Shown here: piece by piece, positions 30,332 through 40,486 of the stretch | How the letters are laid out: the number at the start of each line of letters is the position of its first letter | How positions within the stretch are numbered: position 1 is the first letter of the stretch | NCBI GenBank assembly: GCA_036231405.1 | Contig: JAZAHK010000046.1 | Coordinates: 189,706 to 253,705, forward strand | Direction of reading: 5' to 3' | DNA: 64,000 bases | DNA from: Nitrospinota bacterium | GTDB taxonomy: Bacteria; UBA8248 | Position numbers and translations under genes: made by a program | The notes under the pieces: generated by a model | What the model saw: only the letters and a program-made list of their open reading frames with translations | Told to the model about the DNA's origin: nothing | Database searches by the model: none

Positions 30332-31006
30332 ATGGTTATAAATAGTTCTAATAGTTTGCCTGAAGAACTTGGGATTACAGATGAGATGATGGCATGTCCT
30401 CTCCCCCGTGTACCATTTGTTTCTCCAGATAATATCCCTAAAGATTTGGAAGAAGAATTGAATCCCCTTTATGATTGGTCTCTGAAAATGTGGGGAACAG
30501 TTCCTAGGTTTCTTCAACTTCTTGCGAATGCACCACCCACTATGGAAGCGTGGATGCTGTTAGATCAAAAACTAAGAACAAATCGTCTAAAGACAGAACC
30601 GGATTATATTCGACATATGGAACTGTGTATTGTGAAAACAGCTTTACTTACAGAATGTAATAATTGAGTAGGACACAACGTGGAGCTCGGTCGAGCTCTT
30701 GGCCTCACAGAAGAACAAATTAGTTTATTAGAAGGGGACCAATGGTTGGGAACTACTCTTTTTACTGATAAAGAGAAAGCTGTTATTCGATGGGCAGATA
30801 GCGTTACTAAATTAACTGCGAAACAAGATGATAATGCTTTTGAAGAAATGAAAAAATATTTCTCTGCTCGCGAAATTGTAGAGTTGACGTTTATTTGTGG
30901 CATGTGGAATTTGTCAGGTCGTCTTGCAGAAGCGCTTCACTTAGTTGTAGAGCCTCCAGGATCACGGATAGAATTTCAAGAATCTGATATGAAAAAAGAG
31001 TCTTAA
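30332..31006 (+). CDS. AhpD/carboxymuconolactone decarboxylase-like probable selenoprotein (224 aa; Sec at TGA 30665-30667)
   Basis: ORFs 30332-30667 and 30680-31006 are in the same frame; read-through gives ECNN-U-VGH, matching the CxxCxxH AhpD motif; hairpin downstream. Confidence 0.82.
30683..30698 (+). promoter_or_regulatory. Putative bacterial SECIS hairpin
   Basis: GAGCTC-GGTC-GAGCTC beginning 15 nt after the in-frame TGA; G at the first loop position. Confidence 0.7.
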
Positions 31007-31012
31007 TTTTTA

Positions 31013-32062
31013 ATGTTTCCTATCAAACTAGGGATTTGGGCCCCCGTATGGGGTACATTTCTCGGTCAAAAAGAAGATCCATCTTCGGTTACTGAAGCTT
31101 CGTTTGATTTTAATGCTAAGTATATTAAGTACGCAGAGTCTCTCGGTTTTGAAAGTGTATTGCTATTGGATCGGAGCTTGAATAGTACCAAAGGTGTACG
31201 AGCACCCATTCTTGAGGCATGGATTACTGCCGCAGCTCTAGCTCCTATTACAAATTCCATTGAATTGATCGTAGCTAGTAGGAGTGCATATCGACATCCT
31301 GGGATAGTTGCGCAAATGGGTGCAAATCTTGATCGAATTAGTGGTGGGCGATTTGCTATTAATATTGTTTCTGGTTGGTGGGGACTTGAGCATGAAATGA
31401 ATGGGATACCTTTCCCAGAGCATGACAAAAGGTACGATATTTCTTCAGAAGTTATAAAAATTTTAAAATCTTTTTGGCAGGGAGAAGCCTTTGATTTCAA
31501 TGGTGAGTTTTTTCAGATTAATCAAGGTATTACTTCTCCTGTCCCAATTAGGAAGCCTTGGCCAACAATATACTTTGGAGGAGAATCAGATGCGGCCATT
31601 CGTCTCGCTGCAAAGGCTGCAGATGTTTTTCTTTTTAATGGTCGTTCTATTTCTCTAGCCAAGAGCTTGATTGCTACAGTAAAAAAAGAAAATGCCCATT
31701 ATGATAAAGATTTGAAATATGGGATGAGTGCTTTTGTGATTTGTCGAGATACTGATTCTGAGGCTGAAGAAGAGTTGGAGAAGTTGCAGTCTTCGTTGGG
31801 AAAGTCTGAAAAGTTAAAAAGTGTTGATAAAGATGCAATCCATAAAAAAACCAGTTCACGTTCAAAAGGTATTGGATCGAATGGTGGAATTGCAGCCGGT
31901 TTAGTTGGTAGTCCGAAAACGATCGCGGAAAAAATGATGGAATTCAACAAAGAAGGGGTAGAACTTTTTCTATTGCAGTTTCATCCGATGTTTCGGGAGA
32001 TTGAAAGATTTTCTAGAGAGGTAATGCCTATTTTGCCTATTGGTAAGGGCCAGCTAAACTAA
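31013..32062 (+). CDS. LLM-class (luciferase-like) flavin-dependent monooxygenase, SsuD/SfnG-like
   Basis: AESLGFESVLL, LEAWITAAALA, LDRISGGRFAINIVSGW, YFGGES and LVGSP motifs. Confidence 0.88.
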   Translation: MFPIKLGIWAPVWGTFLGQKEDPSSVTEASFDFNAKYIKYAESLGFESVLLLDRSLNSTKGVRAPILEAWITAAALAPITNSIELIVASRSAYRHPGIVAQMGANLDRISGGRFAINIVSGWWGLEHEMNGIPFPEHDKRYDISSEVIKILKSFWQGEAFDFNGEFFQINQGITSPVPIRKPWPTIYFGGESDAAIRLAAKAADVFLFNGRSISLAKSLIATVKKENAHYDKDLKYGMSAFVICRDTDSEAEEELEKLQSSLGKSEKLKSVDKDAIHKKTSSRSKGIGSNGGIAAGLVGSPKTIAEKMMEFNKEGVELFLLQFHPMFREIERFSREVMPILPIGKGQLN

Positions 32063-32146
32063 CCCCCAAGGAAAGTAAATCTGGCCCTTTTCCTGTCGCA
32101 AAGTCCGCCCGTTTGCCCTACGACAGGTTTTATATGCTTTTTATTT

Positions 32147-35100
32147 TTAAGAACACCCGCTCGTGGCTCCGCATGTCATACATTTAAGACATGTGCCATT
32201 TCTTACCAAAGTAAATTGTCCACAATCTGTACATGCTTCGCCTTCATACCCTTTAGCTCTTGCCTCTTGAATAACAGTCCCCTGCGTACTTGTAGAGGAA
32301 ATTATATTTATTTCTTCTTCTTTTTTGATGTCTTCTCTATAATCTAATTCTACTCTATCACTACGTGGCGCGGACACAGGTATTTCATCCGGATCTAAAT
32401 CTTCAATTGCACCCTCTTCTTCAGCGTCGAACTCAGGAATTTCATTCTCAGGTCTTCCAATAGTATCGCTTCTTAAGTCTTCTGGTGTAACTTGAGAAAG
32501 GTCATGTCTCCCCAAATAAGTGATAGCAAGTTCGCGAAAAATATAGTCTATAATTGAAGTTGACATTTTAATATGTGGATTTCCGCTGACAATTCCGCCC
32601 GGTTCAAACCTGGTAAACACGAAAGCATCTACAAATTCATCAATTGGAACTCCATGTTGTAGTCCGAGTGAAATTGAAATGGCAAAGCAGTTCATAAGGC
32701 TTCGGAATGCAGCACCTTCTTTATGCATATCAATGAAAATTTCTCCTATTGACCCATCTTCATATTCCCCAGTTCGAAGGTATACTTTATGTCCACCTAC
32801 TACAGCTTTCTGGGTGTAACCAGCCCTCCTCGTAGGTAGTTTTCTTCTCTTAGACTGGTACACGTACCTTTTAATAATTTGTCGTGCTAATAAGGTGGGA
32901 GTACTTTCTAAAGATTCAGTCCCTTGAAGAAGTTCAGTTTCTGATTGCGCAGAAAGAGGCTGACTCAATTTAGACCCATCACGGTAAATAGCTATCGCTT
33001 TTGTCATTAATTTCCAAGAATCTTTGTAAATATCTTGTATTTCAGAAACAGTACTTTCTGTGGGCATATTAATGGTCTTACTTATTGCACCTGAAATGAA
33101 CGGTTGTGCAGAGGCCATCATTTCCACATGGGCAGCGGGTGGGATAAAACGGTGTCCGTCTTTACCACACTTATTTGCACAATCAAAAACTGGCAAATGT
33201 TTATCTTTAAGGTGAGGAGCATTTTCTATAGTCATTTTTCCGCACACGTAATCGTTTGCTTCCTGTATTTGTTCTTTCGTGAATCCGATTAGTTCCAGAA
33301 GATTTGTGTCCCAATTCTCTAATTGCTCGTCTTTTAATTTCAGATTTTCTCTACAAAAATCTTCTCCTAAGGAATACTTGTTAAATGCAAATTGTATTTC
33401 AAATGCACCCTCAAGATCGGATTCTACTTTCTGTATTTCTTTGTCTGTGAACCCTTTCTCTTTTAAAGAATCAGGGTTTATATGTGGAGCATTTGTTATC
33501 GTACCCCTTCCTCTACAGTGGGCCACAATTTCTTTTGTCTTGTTTTCTGAATAACCCAGTCTTCTTAAAGCAAGCGGTACCGATTGATTTATTATTTTAA
33601 AATAACCACCACCTGCCAATTTCTTGAATTTTACAAGAGCAAAATCTGGTTCAATTCCTGTAGTGTCGCAATCCATCACTAAGCCTATTGTTCCAGTTGG
33701 CGCTATAACAGTAACTTGGGCATTACGGTATCCGTTTTTCTCTCCTAATTTCAAAGCATTGTCCCAAGAATTTTGTGCGGCCTTCAGTAGATAATCTGGA
33801 CATATTTTAGGGTCAATGCCTCTTGGTTTTATTGATAGATTTTCGTATTCATTTTTTGGAGAATTATAGGCTACTCTTCTATGGTTTCTAACAACACGTA
33901 ACATATTATTTTTATTGTGTTCATATCTACTAAATGGACCCAGTTCGCCTGCAATTTCAGCACTTGTTGCATAAGAACAACCGGTCATAATAGAAGTAAT
34001 GGAGGAGCACCATGCATGAGCCTCAGTAGAATCATAAGGGATCCCCATTACCATTAGCAGGGTTCCCAAGTTCGCATATCCTAGACCTAGGGTTCTGTAA
34101 TCATAAGATCTTTGTGCAATTTCAGAACTAGGGAACTGAGCCATTAGGACAGAAATTTCAAGCACTAAAGTCCATAACCTAACTACATGCTCGTAGTCGT
34201 CTACTTTAAAAACTCCTTTCTCAACGTCTAGAAACTTCATCAAATTCATAGACGCTAAATTACAAGCCGTATCGTCTAAGAACATATATTCGGAACATGG
34301 GTTAGAACCGTTTATCTTTCCATCGTTGGAGCAGGTATGCCAATCATTAATAGTTGTATCAAACTGAATCCCTGGATCTGCACAACACCAAGCTGCATAA
34401 CCTATATCTTCCCATAGGTCTGTTGCTTCAACAGTTTCAGAAACTTCTTCGTTTGTACGGTTTAGTAAATCCCACGAAGATTTTTTTTCTACTGCTTTCA
34501 TAAATTTGTCAGTTACTCGAACGGAATTATTAGAGTTCTGTCCAGAGACAGTATTGTATCCATCGCCTTCCCAGTTAGTATCTAGTTCATCAAAATCAAT
34601 ATTCTCGTATCCTTGTTTTGATAATTGAACCGCTCTTTGAATATAATTTGAGGGAACAGAAGCTTTCATTGCATCAGCGATAGCATTCGCAAGATCAGGA
34701 TTTTTTTCGGGGATATGGAGGTCTTCATTCAGTTCAGGATGTTTTTCCTTATTACATGCATCGATAATTGCATTCATATGATGATTACAATGCCTACTTC
34801 CAGAAACGAGAGCAGCAACTTTTTGTTCCTCCTTAACTTTCCAGTTAATAAACTCTCGAATATCAGGATGATCAATATCCAAAGTAACCATTTTCGCTGC
34901 TCTACGAGTTGTGCCGCCTGACTTTATCGCTCCAGCTGAACGGTCACCAATTTTCAGAAAACTCATTAACCCCGAGCTTTGTCCTCCTCCAGAGAGAGAT
35001 TCTCCTGCTCCACGAATGTTTGAGAAATTTGAACCAGTTCCAGAACCGTATTTGAAAATACGGGCTTCCCTGGTCCACAAGTCCATTATCCCACCTTGAT

Positions 35101-35728
35101 TTACTAGGTCGTCATTAACCGATTGAATAAAGCAGGCGTGGGGTTGTGGATGTTCATAAGCATTTGTAGATTTTTTTAACTCTCCTGTATCAGGACAGCA
35201 AAAAGAGTGTCCTTGAGCAGGTCCAGTGATCCCGTAAGCCCAATGTAAGCCGGTATTAAACCATTGAGGGGAATTTGGTGCGGTCATCTGTGATGCAAGT
35301 ATAAAAGACAATTCTTCGTAAAAGATTCTTGCGTCCTTCTCAGTATCAAAATAGTTGTGCTTCCAACCCCAATAGGTCCAACAACCTGCTAGGCGATGAA
35401 AAACCTGCCTGGAATCGTTCTCTGACACGAATCGTTCATTTTCTTTTAATCCTTCCATACTTCTTTCATCTGGAATCGATCTGAGTAGCCACTCAGGAGT
35501 TCCTTTTTCTTTTATTTTTTTTGTGTGAACTGGAACACCAGCTTTACGAAAATATTTTTGCGCTAAAATATCTAAGGCCACTTGGGACCAATTTTCAGGG
35601 ACCATAATATCTTTAGCTTCAAAAACTAAAGATCCGTCTGGATTGGTTATTCTTGATGTTCTCGGAATAAAATTGATTTCCGAATAAAAGTCTTGATCTT
35701 CGTGGGTAAATCTTCGTTTAAACTTCAT
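32147..35728 (-). CDS. nrdJ: Vitamin B12-dependent (class II) ribonucleotide reductase
   Basis: [36 protein letters not shown]-like C-domain, and C-terminal CTDC...[11 protein letters not shown]. Confidence 0.96.
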   Translation of the reverse strand: MKFKRRFTHEDQDFYSEINFIPRTSRITNPDGSLVFEAKDIMVPENWSQVALDILAQKYFRKAGVPVHTKKIKEKGTPEWLLRSIPDERSMEGLKENERFVSENDSRQVFHRLAGCWTYWGWKHNYFDTEKDARIFYEELSFILASQMTAPNSPQWFNTGLHWAYGITGPAQGHSFCCPDTGELKKSTNAYEHPQPHACFIQSVNDDLVNQGGIMDLWTREARIFKYGSGTGSNFSNIRGAGESLSGGGQSSGLMSFLKIGDRSAGAIKSGGTTRRAAKMVTLDIDHPDIREFINWKVKEEQKVAALVSGSRHCNHHMNAIIDACNKEKHPELNEDLHIPEKNPDLANAIADAMKASVPSNYIQRAVQLSKQGYENIDFDELDTNWEGDGYNTVSGQNSNNSVRVTDKFMKAVEKKSSWDLLNRTNEEVSETVEATDLWEDIGYAAWCCADPGIQFDTTINDWHTCSNDGKINGSNPCSEYMFLDDTACNLASMNLMKFLDVEKGVFKVDDYEHVVRLWTLVLEISVLMAQFPSSEIAQRSYDYRTLGLGYANLGTLLMVMGIPYDSTEAHAWCSSITSIMTGCSYATSAEIAGELGPFSRYEHNKNNMLRVVRNHRRVAYNSPKNEYENLSIKPRGIDPKICPDYLLKAAQNSWDNALKLGEKNGYRNAQVTVIAPTGTIGLVMDCDTTGIEPDFALVKFKKLAGGGYFKIINQSVPLALRRLGYSENKTKEIVAHCRGRGTITNAPHINPDSLKEKGFTDKEIQKVESDLEGAFEIQFAFNKYSLGEDFCRENLKLKDEQLENWDTNLLELIGFTKEQIQEANDYVCGKMTIENAPHLKDKHLPVFDCANKCGKDGHRFIPPAAHVEMMASAQPFISGAISKTINMPTESTVSEIQDIYKDSWKLMTKAIAIYRDGSKLSQPLSAQSETELLQGTESLESTPTLLARQIIKRYVYQSKRRKLPTRRAGYTQKAVVGGHKVYLRTGEYEDGSIGEIFIDMHKEGAAFRSLMNCFAISISLGLQHGVPIDEFVDAFVFTRFEPGGIVSGNPHIKMSTSIIDYIFRELAITYLGRHDLSQVTPEDLRSDTIGRPENEIPEFDAEEEGAIEDLDPDEIPVSAPRSDRVELDYREDIKKEEEINIISSTSTQGTVIQEARAKGYEGEACTDCGQFTLVRNGTCLKCMTCGATSGCS

Positions 35729-35854
35729 TGCATGCTCCGGATAACTTTTCTGAAGGACTAATATGAAAGGAATTCAATTGAATATTAAAAATAAACACAA
35801 AGTACCTTAACAGAAAGGAAAAAATAAAAAATAAAACCCAATGGGCAAGTACGC

Positions 35855-35884
35855 ATACTAAAATATTCCTTTTTATAGTGTCAA
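35855..35884 (-). promoter_or_regulatory. Sigma70-type promoter for nrdJ
   Basis: Minus strand TTGACA (35884-35879), 18 bp spacer, TAGTAT (35860-35855). Confidence 0.55.
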
Positions 35885-35897
35885 TAGAAAATTTGAC

Positions 35898-35927
35898 TTA
35901 TCCACAATATAATGCACTTTTTCCACA
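35898..35927 (+). promoter_or_regulatory. DnaA boxes
   Basis: Perfect TTATCCACA at 35898-35906 and one-mismatch TTTTCCACA at 35919-35927. Confidence 0.55.
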
Positions 35928-35948
35928 AAATATCCCCAGATATTGTGT
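35902..35948. promoter_or_regulatory. Tandem NrdR boxes
   Basis: CCACAATATAATGCAC (35902) and TCCCCAGATATTGTGT (35933) resemble acaCwAtATaTwGtgt; starts 31 bp apart, upstream of an RNR gene. Confidence 0.7.
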
Positions 35949-36054
35949 TTTTGAGTTAAAATCTCATTTAGACTTTTGATTATTTTTATATCTATAGTTA
36001 TATTCATTTTATATTTTAAAATCTTTTGTAATAATCGAAGATTATGGAGATTTT

Positions 36055-37416
36055 ATGGACATATATGATCTAGTGGTAATTGGGGGAGGTCCAGCTGGTT
36101 ATAATGCAGCCCTAGAATTATCAAAGAAAAATAAGAGATGTATTGTCATTGATAAAGAATCGCTCGGCGGTACATGTTTACACTTAGGATGTATTCCTAG
36201 CAAAAGTCTAATTTCATCTGCAAATTTGTATAGGGATCTAAAGAGATCCAATGATTATGGAATTTCTTTGCAAGAAAATATTTCTCCAGATCTACAGCTA
36301 ATGGTTTCTCAGAAAAATAAAATAGTGGGTAATCTAGAGAGGGGTATTTTTAACCTTTTTAAAAAGCATGAAGTGGAATTCGTACAAGGATTCGGAGAAA
36401 TTGAAGATGTTGGCATTGTGAGAGTGAAGACCATGAATGGTTCATCTATTAAAATTAACGCTAAAAATATTTTGATTGCGACTGGATCAAGACCAAAGAC
36501 TTTGCCCATTTTTCCCTTGGATGGGGATAAGATTATCACTAGTGATCAGGCTGTAAATTTAGAAGCGATTCCAAAGCGTCTTTTAGTGGTAGGGGGTGGG
36601 TATATAGGTTGTGAGTTAGCCTGCTTTTATAATGAAATCGGATCGGATGTACATTTAACTGAAAGTCTGGAAAGTCTAATCCATAATCTTGATAATGATG
36701 TTTCAAAATTTTTAGAACGTGAGTTTAAAAAACAAAAGATTAAAGTGCACACAAAAGAGTTTGTTACTGATATTAAGTTCGTAGGTGGTAAAGTTTTAGT
36801 TCGCTTTAAATCTGAAGAAGAACTTGAAGTCGATAAAGTTCTTATAGCGGTCGGAAGATCTCCAAATTCTGAGGGTATTGGTTTGGAAAAAATAGGTGTA
36901 AAGACTGGAGATGATGGATTTATTGTATGTAACGAAAATATGAAGACAAATATAGAAAATATTTATGTAGCGGGAGATGTTACTGGCAAGATTATGCTTG
37001 CACATGTTGCAAGTTATGAGGGATTTATAGTTTCGGAAAATATTTCTGGAATTTCTGCAAAGATGGATTATTCTTTAGTTCCAAGTGGAATTTTCACGCA
37101 CCCTGAAATAGGTTCGGTAGGATTGTCTGAAAAAGAAGCCGTATCACAAGGAAATAAAGTCAAAGTTGGCCGTTTTGACATTAGGGGACTAGGAAAAGCC
37201 CATGCGGATAGAACTCTAGAAGGGTTTGTGAAAATCATTAGTAGAGAAGACGACAATTCAATCCTAGGAGTACATATTATTGGCTCTCATGCAGCAGATT
37301 TAGTGCATGAAGGAGTTGCCGCAATGAGAGGAGGTCTCAATACCACAGAGCTTGGAATGATGATTCACTCTCACCCTACACTATCTGAAGGTTTGATGTT
37401 CGCAGCGCTAAGCTAA
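36055..37416 (+). CDS. lpdA: Dihydrolipoyl dehydrogenase (E3)
   Basis: GGGPAGY, GGTCLHLGCIPSK, MLAHVA and HSHPTLSE motifs. Confidence 0.93.
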   Translation: MDIYDLVVIGGGPAGYNAALELSKKNKRCIVIDKESLGGTCLHLGCIPSKSLISSANLYRDLKRSNDYGISLQENISPDLQLMVSQKNKIVGNLERGIFNLFKKHEVEFVQGFGEIEDVGIVRVKTMNGSSIKINAKNILIATGSRPKTLPIFPLDGDKIITSDQAVNLEAIPKRLLVVGGGYIGCELACFYNEIGSDVHLTESLESLIHNLDNDVSKFLEREFKKQKIKVHTKEFVTDIKFVGGKVLVRFKSEEELEVDKVLIAVGRSPNSEGIGLEKIGVKTGDDGFIVCNENMKTNIENIYVAGDVTGKIMLAHVASYEGFIVSENISGISAKMDYSLVPSGIFTHPEIGSVGLSEKEAVSQGNKVKVGRFDIRGLGKAHADRTLEGFVKIISREDDNSILGVHIIGSHAADLVHEGVAAMRGGLNTTELGMMIHSHPTLSEGLMFAALS

Positions 37417-38399
37417 GAGTACTTAACTTCAATTAGACGATCTTTGGAACTCATCATGTCTTCTGACAATAATTTTTTCAGTTCAGCTGCGACTGGGCCT
37501 GGATTTCCATCTCCTATTTTTTGACCGTCCCATTCTACAATAGGAGCTACACCAATAGAACTACCTATGAACATCATTTCTTTCGATTCTCTTGCTTCTT
37601 GAACAGTAATATCGCAAATGTTTATATCCTTAATTATCCCTTTTTCTTTTAGCAATTCTGCTAATTCTAATAAACGTTTAGCGGTGCAACCTGACAGAAT
37701 GTTCTCGAATCTGGGGTGTATTAATTTTTTATCTTGGCTTACAAAAGCCGTATTCATGTTAGATCCCTCTCCTACATGTCCGTTAGAGTCTATGAAAATT
37801 CCATTGTCAAATCCTTTTTCTTTTGCTTCCAATTGCATCAAAGTGTTGGGTAAATAATTTGTGCTTTTCGTAACCGCATAAAGAGTGGGTTTGATGGGAT
37901 AAGAAGTTGTTATGACTTTCATCCCCTCACTATAGTATCTTTCTGGGTAATCAAGTCCTCCAAAAATCATTACGAAGAATGCGGGTTGGGCTTCTTCAGG
38001 AGGAATGAGTCCAAGGTTGCCTGTTCCTGATGAAATCCAGTATCTGATTGATCCGTCCCTCCTGTTTGAACTAGCAGTAGTTTCTAAAATTATTTTCTTC
38101 ATTTCTTCTTTTGAAAATGGCAATTCAAGTTTTGAATTTTGAGCAGAAATCAAAAAACGGTCTAGGTGAGCGTGAAGGTCATAAACTTTGCCATTCACAA
38201 TGGCAGCGGTGTCAAAAATTCCATGTCCTCTATGAACCATGTGATCGTCAAAAGGAATAACCATCAAGGAATCTTCCTTTACAATACCGCCTAATTGGCT
38301 TGAATAAAATGCAGAATATCCGGAATCTTTTCCCTCTCTAATTTTTCTCAAATTATCTAATAATTCAGATTCATTTAGTACTTTAGTAAGTTCGCTCAT
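37413..38399 (-). CDS. PLP fold-type IV aminotransferase, D-amino-acid transaminase-like
   Basis: DDHMVHRGHGIFDT, KSTNYLPN, EGSNMN and ILSGCT motifs. Confidence 0.88.
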   Translation of the reverse strand: MSELTKVLNESELLDNLRKIREGKDSGYSAFYSSQLGGIVKEDSLMVIPFDDHMVHRGHGIFDTAAIVNGKVYDLHAHLDRFLISAQNSKLELPFSKEEMKKIILETTASSNRRDGSIRYWISSGTGNLGLIPPEEAQPAFFVMIFGGLDYPERYYSEGMKVITTSYPIKPTLYAVTKSTNYLPNTLMQLEAKEKGFDNGIFIDSNGHVGEGSNMNTAFVSQDKKLIHPRFENILSGCTAKRLLELAELLKEKGIIKDINICDITVQEARESKEMMFIGSSIGVAPIVEWDGQKIGDGNPGPVAAELKKLLSEDMMSSKDRLIEVKYS

Positions 38400-38455
38400 T
38401 TGTAAGTTTCCTTTTTAATCAAATATGTAGAATTTTGATATAAATCTCAGTTTGA

Positions 38456-40486
38456 TTATTCTAATGCTTCCGCAACTAGTTCAGCTATATCAACAGCTCT
38501 TATATTCTTTTCTGGGTCAATAGTTTTTAGTGCATCGTCGAACATTTGCATACAGAATGGACAGGAAACTGCTGCCGTTTTTGCGCCACAATCCTTTACT
38601 TGTTCTAGTCGCGTGTGATTGATTCTTTTTTCTGGTTCATCATCCATCCAAGCATAACCACCCCCTGCGCCACAGCAGAGAGATCTCGACTTGGTATTTT
38701 CAAGTTCAATAAAACCATTTTTAGAAGTGATCGTTTTCAGAACATCCCTCGGTTGGGAATAAATTTTATTATGTCTTCCTAGATAACACGGATCATGGTA
38801 AGTAACGTTGGACAGAGATTTCTTTAAAGTTAATTTTCCTTCTTTAATAAGTCTACTTATTAGTTCCGTATGGTGCACTACTTCATAATTACCATTAAAA
38901 TCTGGATATTCGTTTTTATAGGTATTGAAACAATGTGGACACGTGGTAATAATTTTTTTTACTCCATACTCATTTAATGTCTCGATATTCTTTTTGGCAC
39001 ACATTTGAAAAGTAAATTCACCACCGGCTCTCCGAGCTGGATCTCCTGTGCATACTTCTTCAGCCCCTAAGATTCCAAAATCAACTCCGGCTGCTTGTAA
39101 AATCTTCACCATAGCTTTTGTAACTAGGATATTTCTATCTATCATAGATCCGGTACATCCAACCCAGTAAAGATACTCAGCATTTACATCTTTTGAAAGA
39201 ACTTTAACATCTAGACCTTCGTACCACTCTTCGCGGTTATGCTGAGCACCAACCCAAGGATGCATTCTTTCTTCTATCGATTTTAAAAATTGTCTGGTAT
39301 TTTCTGGGGTCTTAGATTCCATCATCACCAAATGGCGTCTCATATCAACCATCTTAGGGATGTGTTCGATATACACTGGACATTCCTCTTGACAGGCGCC
39401 ACATGTCCTGCAGCCCCATAGTTCCTCTTCCAGCACCGCTGCGTTTTCTTTTTCTCCAAATAATTTTTCTTCGTCTTGACTTTTTTTCTTGGAAAATTTC
39501 GAAAGTCCGGTCTCTGATAGATGCATTTTCATGTCTTGTATCAGTTTTCTAGGACTCAGTGGCACACCACTTCCATATGCAGGACAGACATCCTGACAAC
39601 GACCACAATTTGTACAAGCATCTAAATCCAGCAGACCTTTCCACGAATATTGGTCTATTTTTTCAACTCCTAGGTTTTCAATATCATCTGGGTTATTTTC
39701 CATCGCTGCTTCAATATCGACGAATTCGAGTTTTCCGCTAGGATTTAGATTTCTAAAAGTTATATTCAAAATTCCATACCAAATATGATTAAACTTTCCA
39801 AAACCCATATAACCTATAAAAATAAATGCAGTGATTGCGTGAAACCACCAATTAAAACGATGTAAAGATAACAAATTCTGAGTATTTATATGCTGAAAAG
39901 CTAAAGCTAAAACATAACCTCCTGGTGACCAAAGCGCTAGGTCTGGTTTCTGGTTTAACTCTGTAATTGCAATTCTTAATCCTTCTACAACAAAACCTTG
40001 AATAAAAATGAGTAGCAGAAGACCTATTGCTATATAATCATCTGCAATCGAATTCATCCTATTAGGTCGTATGACTAGTCTTCTCCATAATGCCATCCCG
40101 AGACCGATGATTCCTATAATGCCAAAGCTGTCACTGATTAAAGAATACCAGAGATAAAAATTACCCTTAAGGAAATGTATGCCACTCCACTCCTGGATAG
40201 CAATTATTGTAGTTGCGATCAGTTGTACAAAAAATCCGTAAAAAATAAATAGGTGCATTAATCCAGGATAGGTGTCTCTTAACTGTTTCTTGTGAGTGAA
40301 AACTTCGCTAAATAGACCGTAAATCCTTCTTGGCATTTGGTCTGTTCTCATTTCGCTATGACCTAAGCGCCATAATCTAATTCTTTTCCAAATCCCCCAG
40401 AACATAAAAAATAGTGCTAAAAGTGCTAGTACGTAAACTAACTTTCCAAAATAAACGTTCCAATAAATCTCTCTAGTAAATTCCAT
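38456..40486 (-). CDS. Membrane-bound Fe-S oxidoreductase (NarI-like TM domain + 2x[4Fe-4S] + CCG domains; FadF/HdrD/GlpC-like)
   Basis: TM N-terminus; CTNCGRCQDVCP, CRTCGACQEECP, YHDPCYLGR and CCGAGGG motifs; likely start ATG 40486. Confidence 0.9.
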   Translation of the reverse strand: MEFTREIYWNVYFGKLVYVLALLALFFMFWGIWKRIRLWRLGHSEMRTDQMPRRIYGLFSEVFTHKKQLRDTYPGLMHLFIFYGFFVQLIATTIIAIQEWSGIHFLKGNFYLWYSLISDSFGIIGIIGLGMALWRRLVIRPNRMNSIADDYIAIGLLLLIFIQGFVVEGLRIAITELNQKPDLALWSPGGYVLALAFQHINTQNLLSLHRFNWWFHAITAFIFIGYMGFGKFNHIWYGILNITFRNLNPSGKLEFVDIEAAMENNPDDIENLGVEKIDQYSWKGLLDLDACTNCGRCQDVCPAYGSGVPLSPRKLIQDMKMHLSETGLSKFSKKKSQDEEKLFGEKENAAVLEEELWGCRTCGACQEECPVYIEHIPKMVDMRRHLVMMESKTPENTRQFLKSIEERMHPWVGAQHNREEWYEGLDVKVLSKDVNAEYLYWVGCTGSMIDRNILVTKAMVKILQAAGVDFGILGAEEVCTGDPARRAGGEFTFQMCAKKNIETLNEYGVKKIITTCPHCFNTYKNEYPDFNGNYEVVHHTELISRLIKEGKLTLKKSLSNVTYHDPCYLGRHNKIYSQPRDVLKTITSKNGFIELENTKSRSLCCGAGGGYAWMDDEPEKRINHTRLEQVKDCGAKTAAVSCPFCMQMFDDALKTIDPEKNIRAVDIAELVAEALE

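Noticed and set aside
30332-31006. Pseudogene or two separate small genes (likewise 45022-45576)
   Set aside because: Each has a single in-frame TGA at a catalytic Cys position, an intact downstream domain and a SECIS-like hairpin. Sec read-through is the simpler explanation, though unproven.
32092-32127. c-di-GMP-I riboswitch (GGGCAAAC on the minus strand)
   Set aside because: Lacks the GNRA tetraloop and GCAAAG P2 architecture, and lies downstream of convergent genes.
35729-35860. Cobalamin riboswitch upstream of nrdJ
   Set aside because: The leader is very AT-rich with no recognisable B12-box or GGGAA core.
35890-36050. Replication origin (DnaA boxes plus AT-rich tract)
   Set aside because: Only two good boxes, no dnaA/dnaN/gidA context, and the motifs are better explained as nrdJ regulation.
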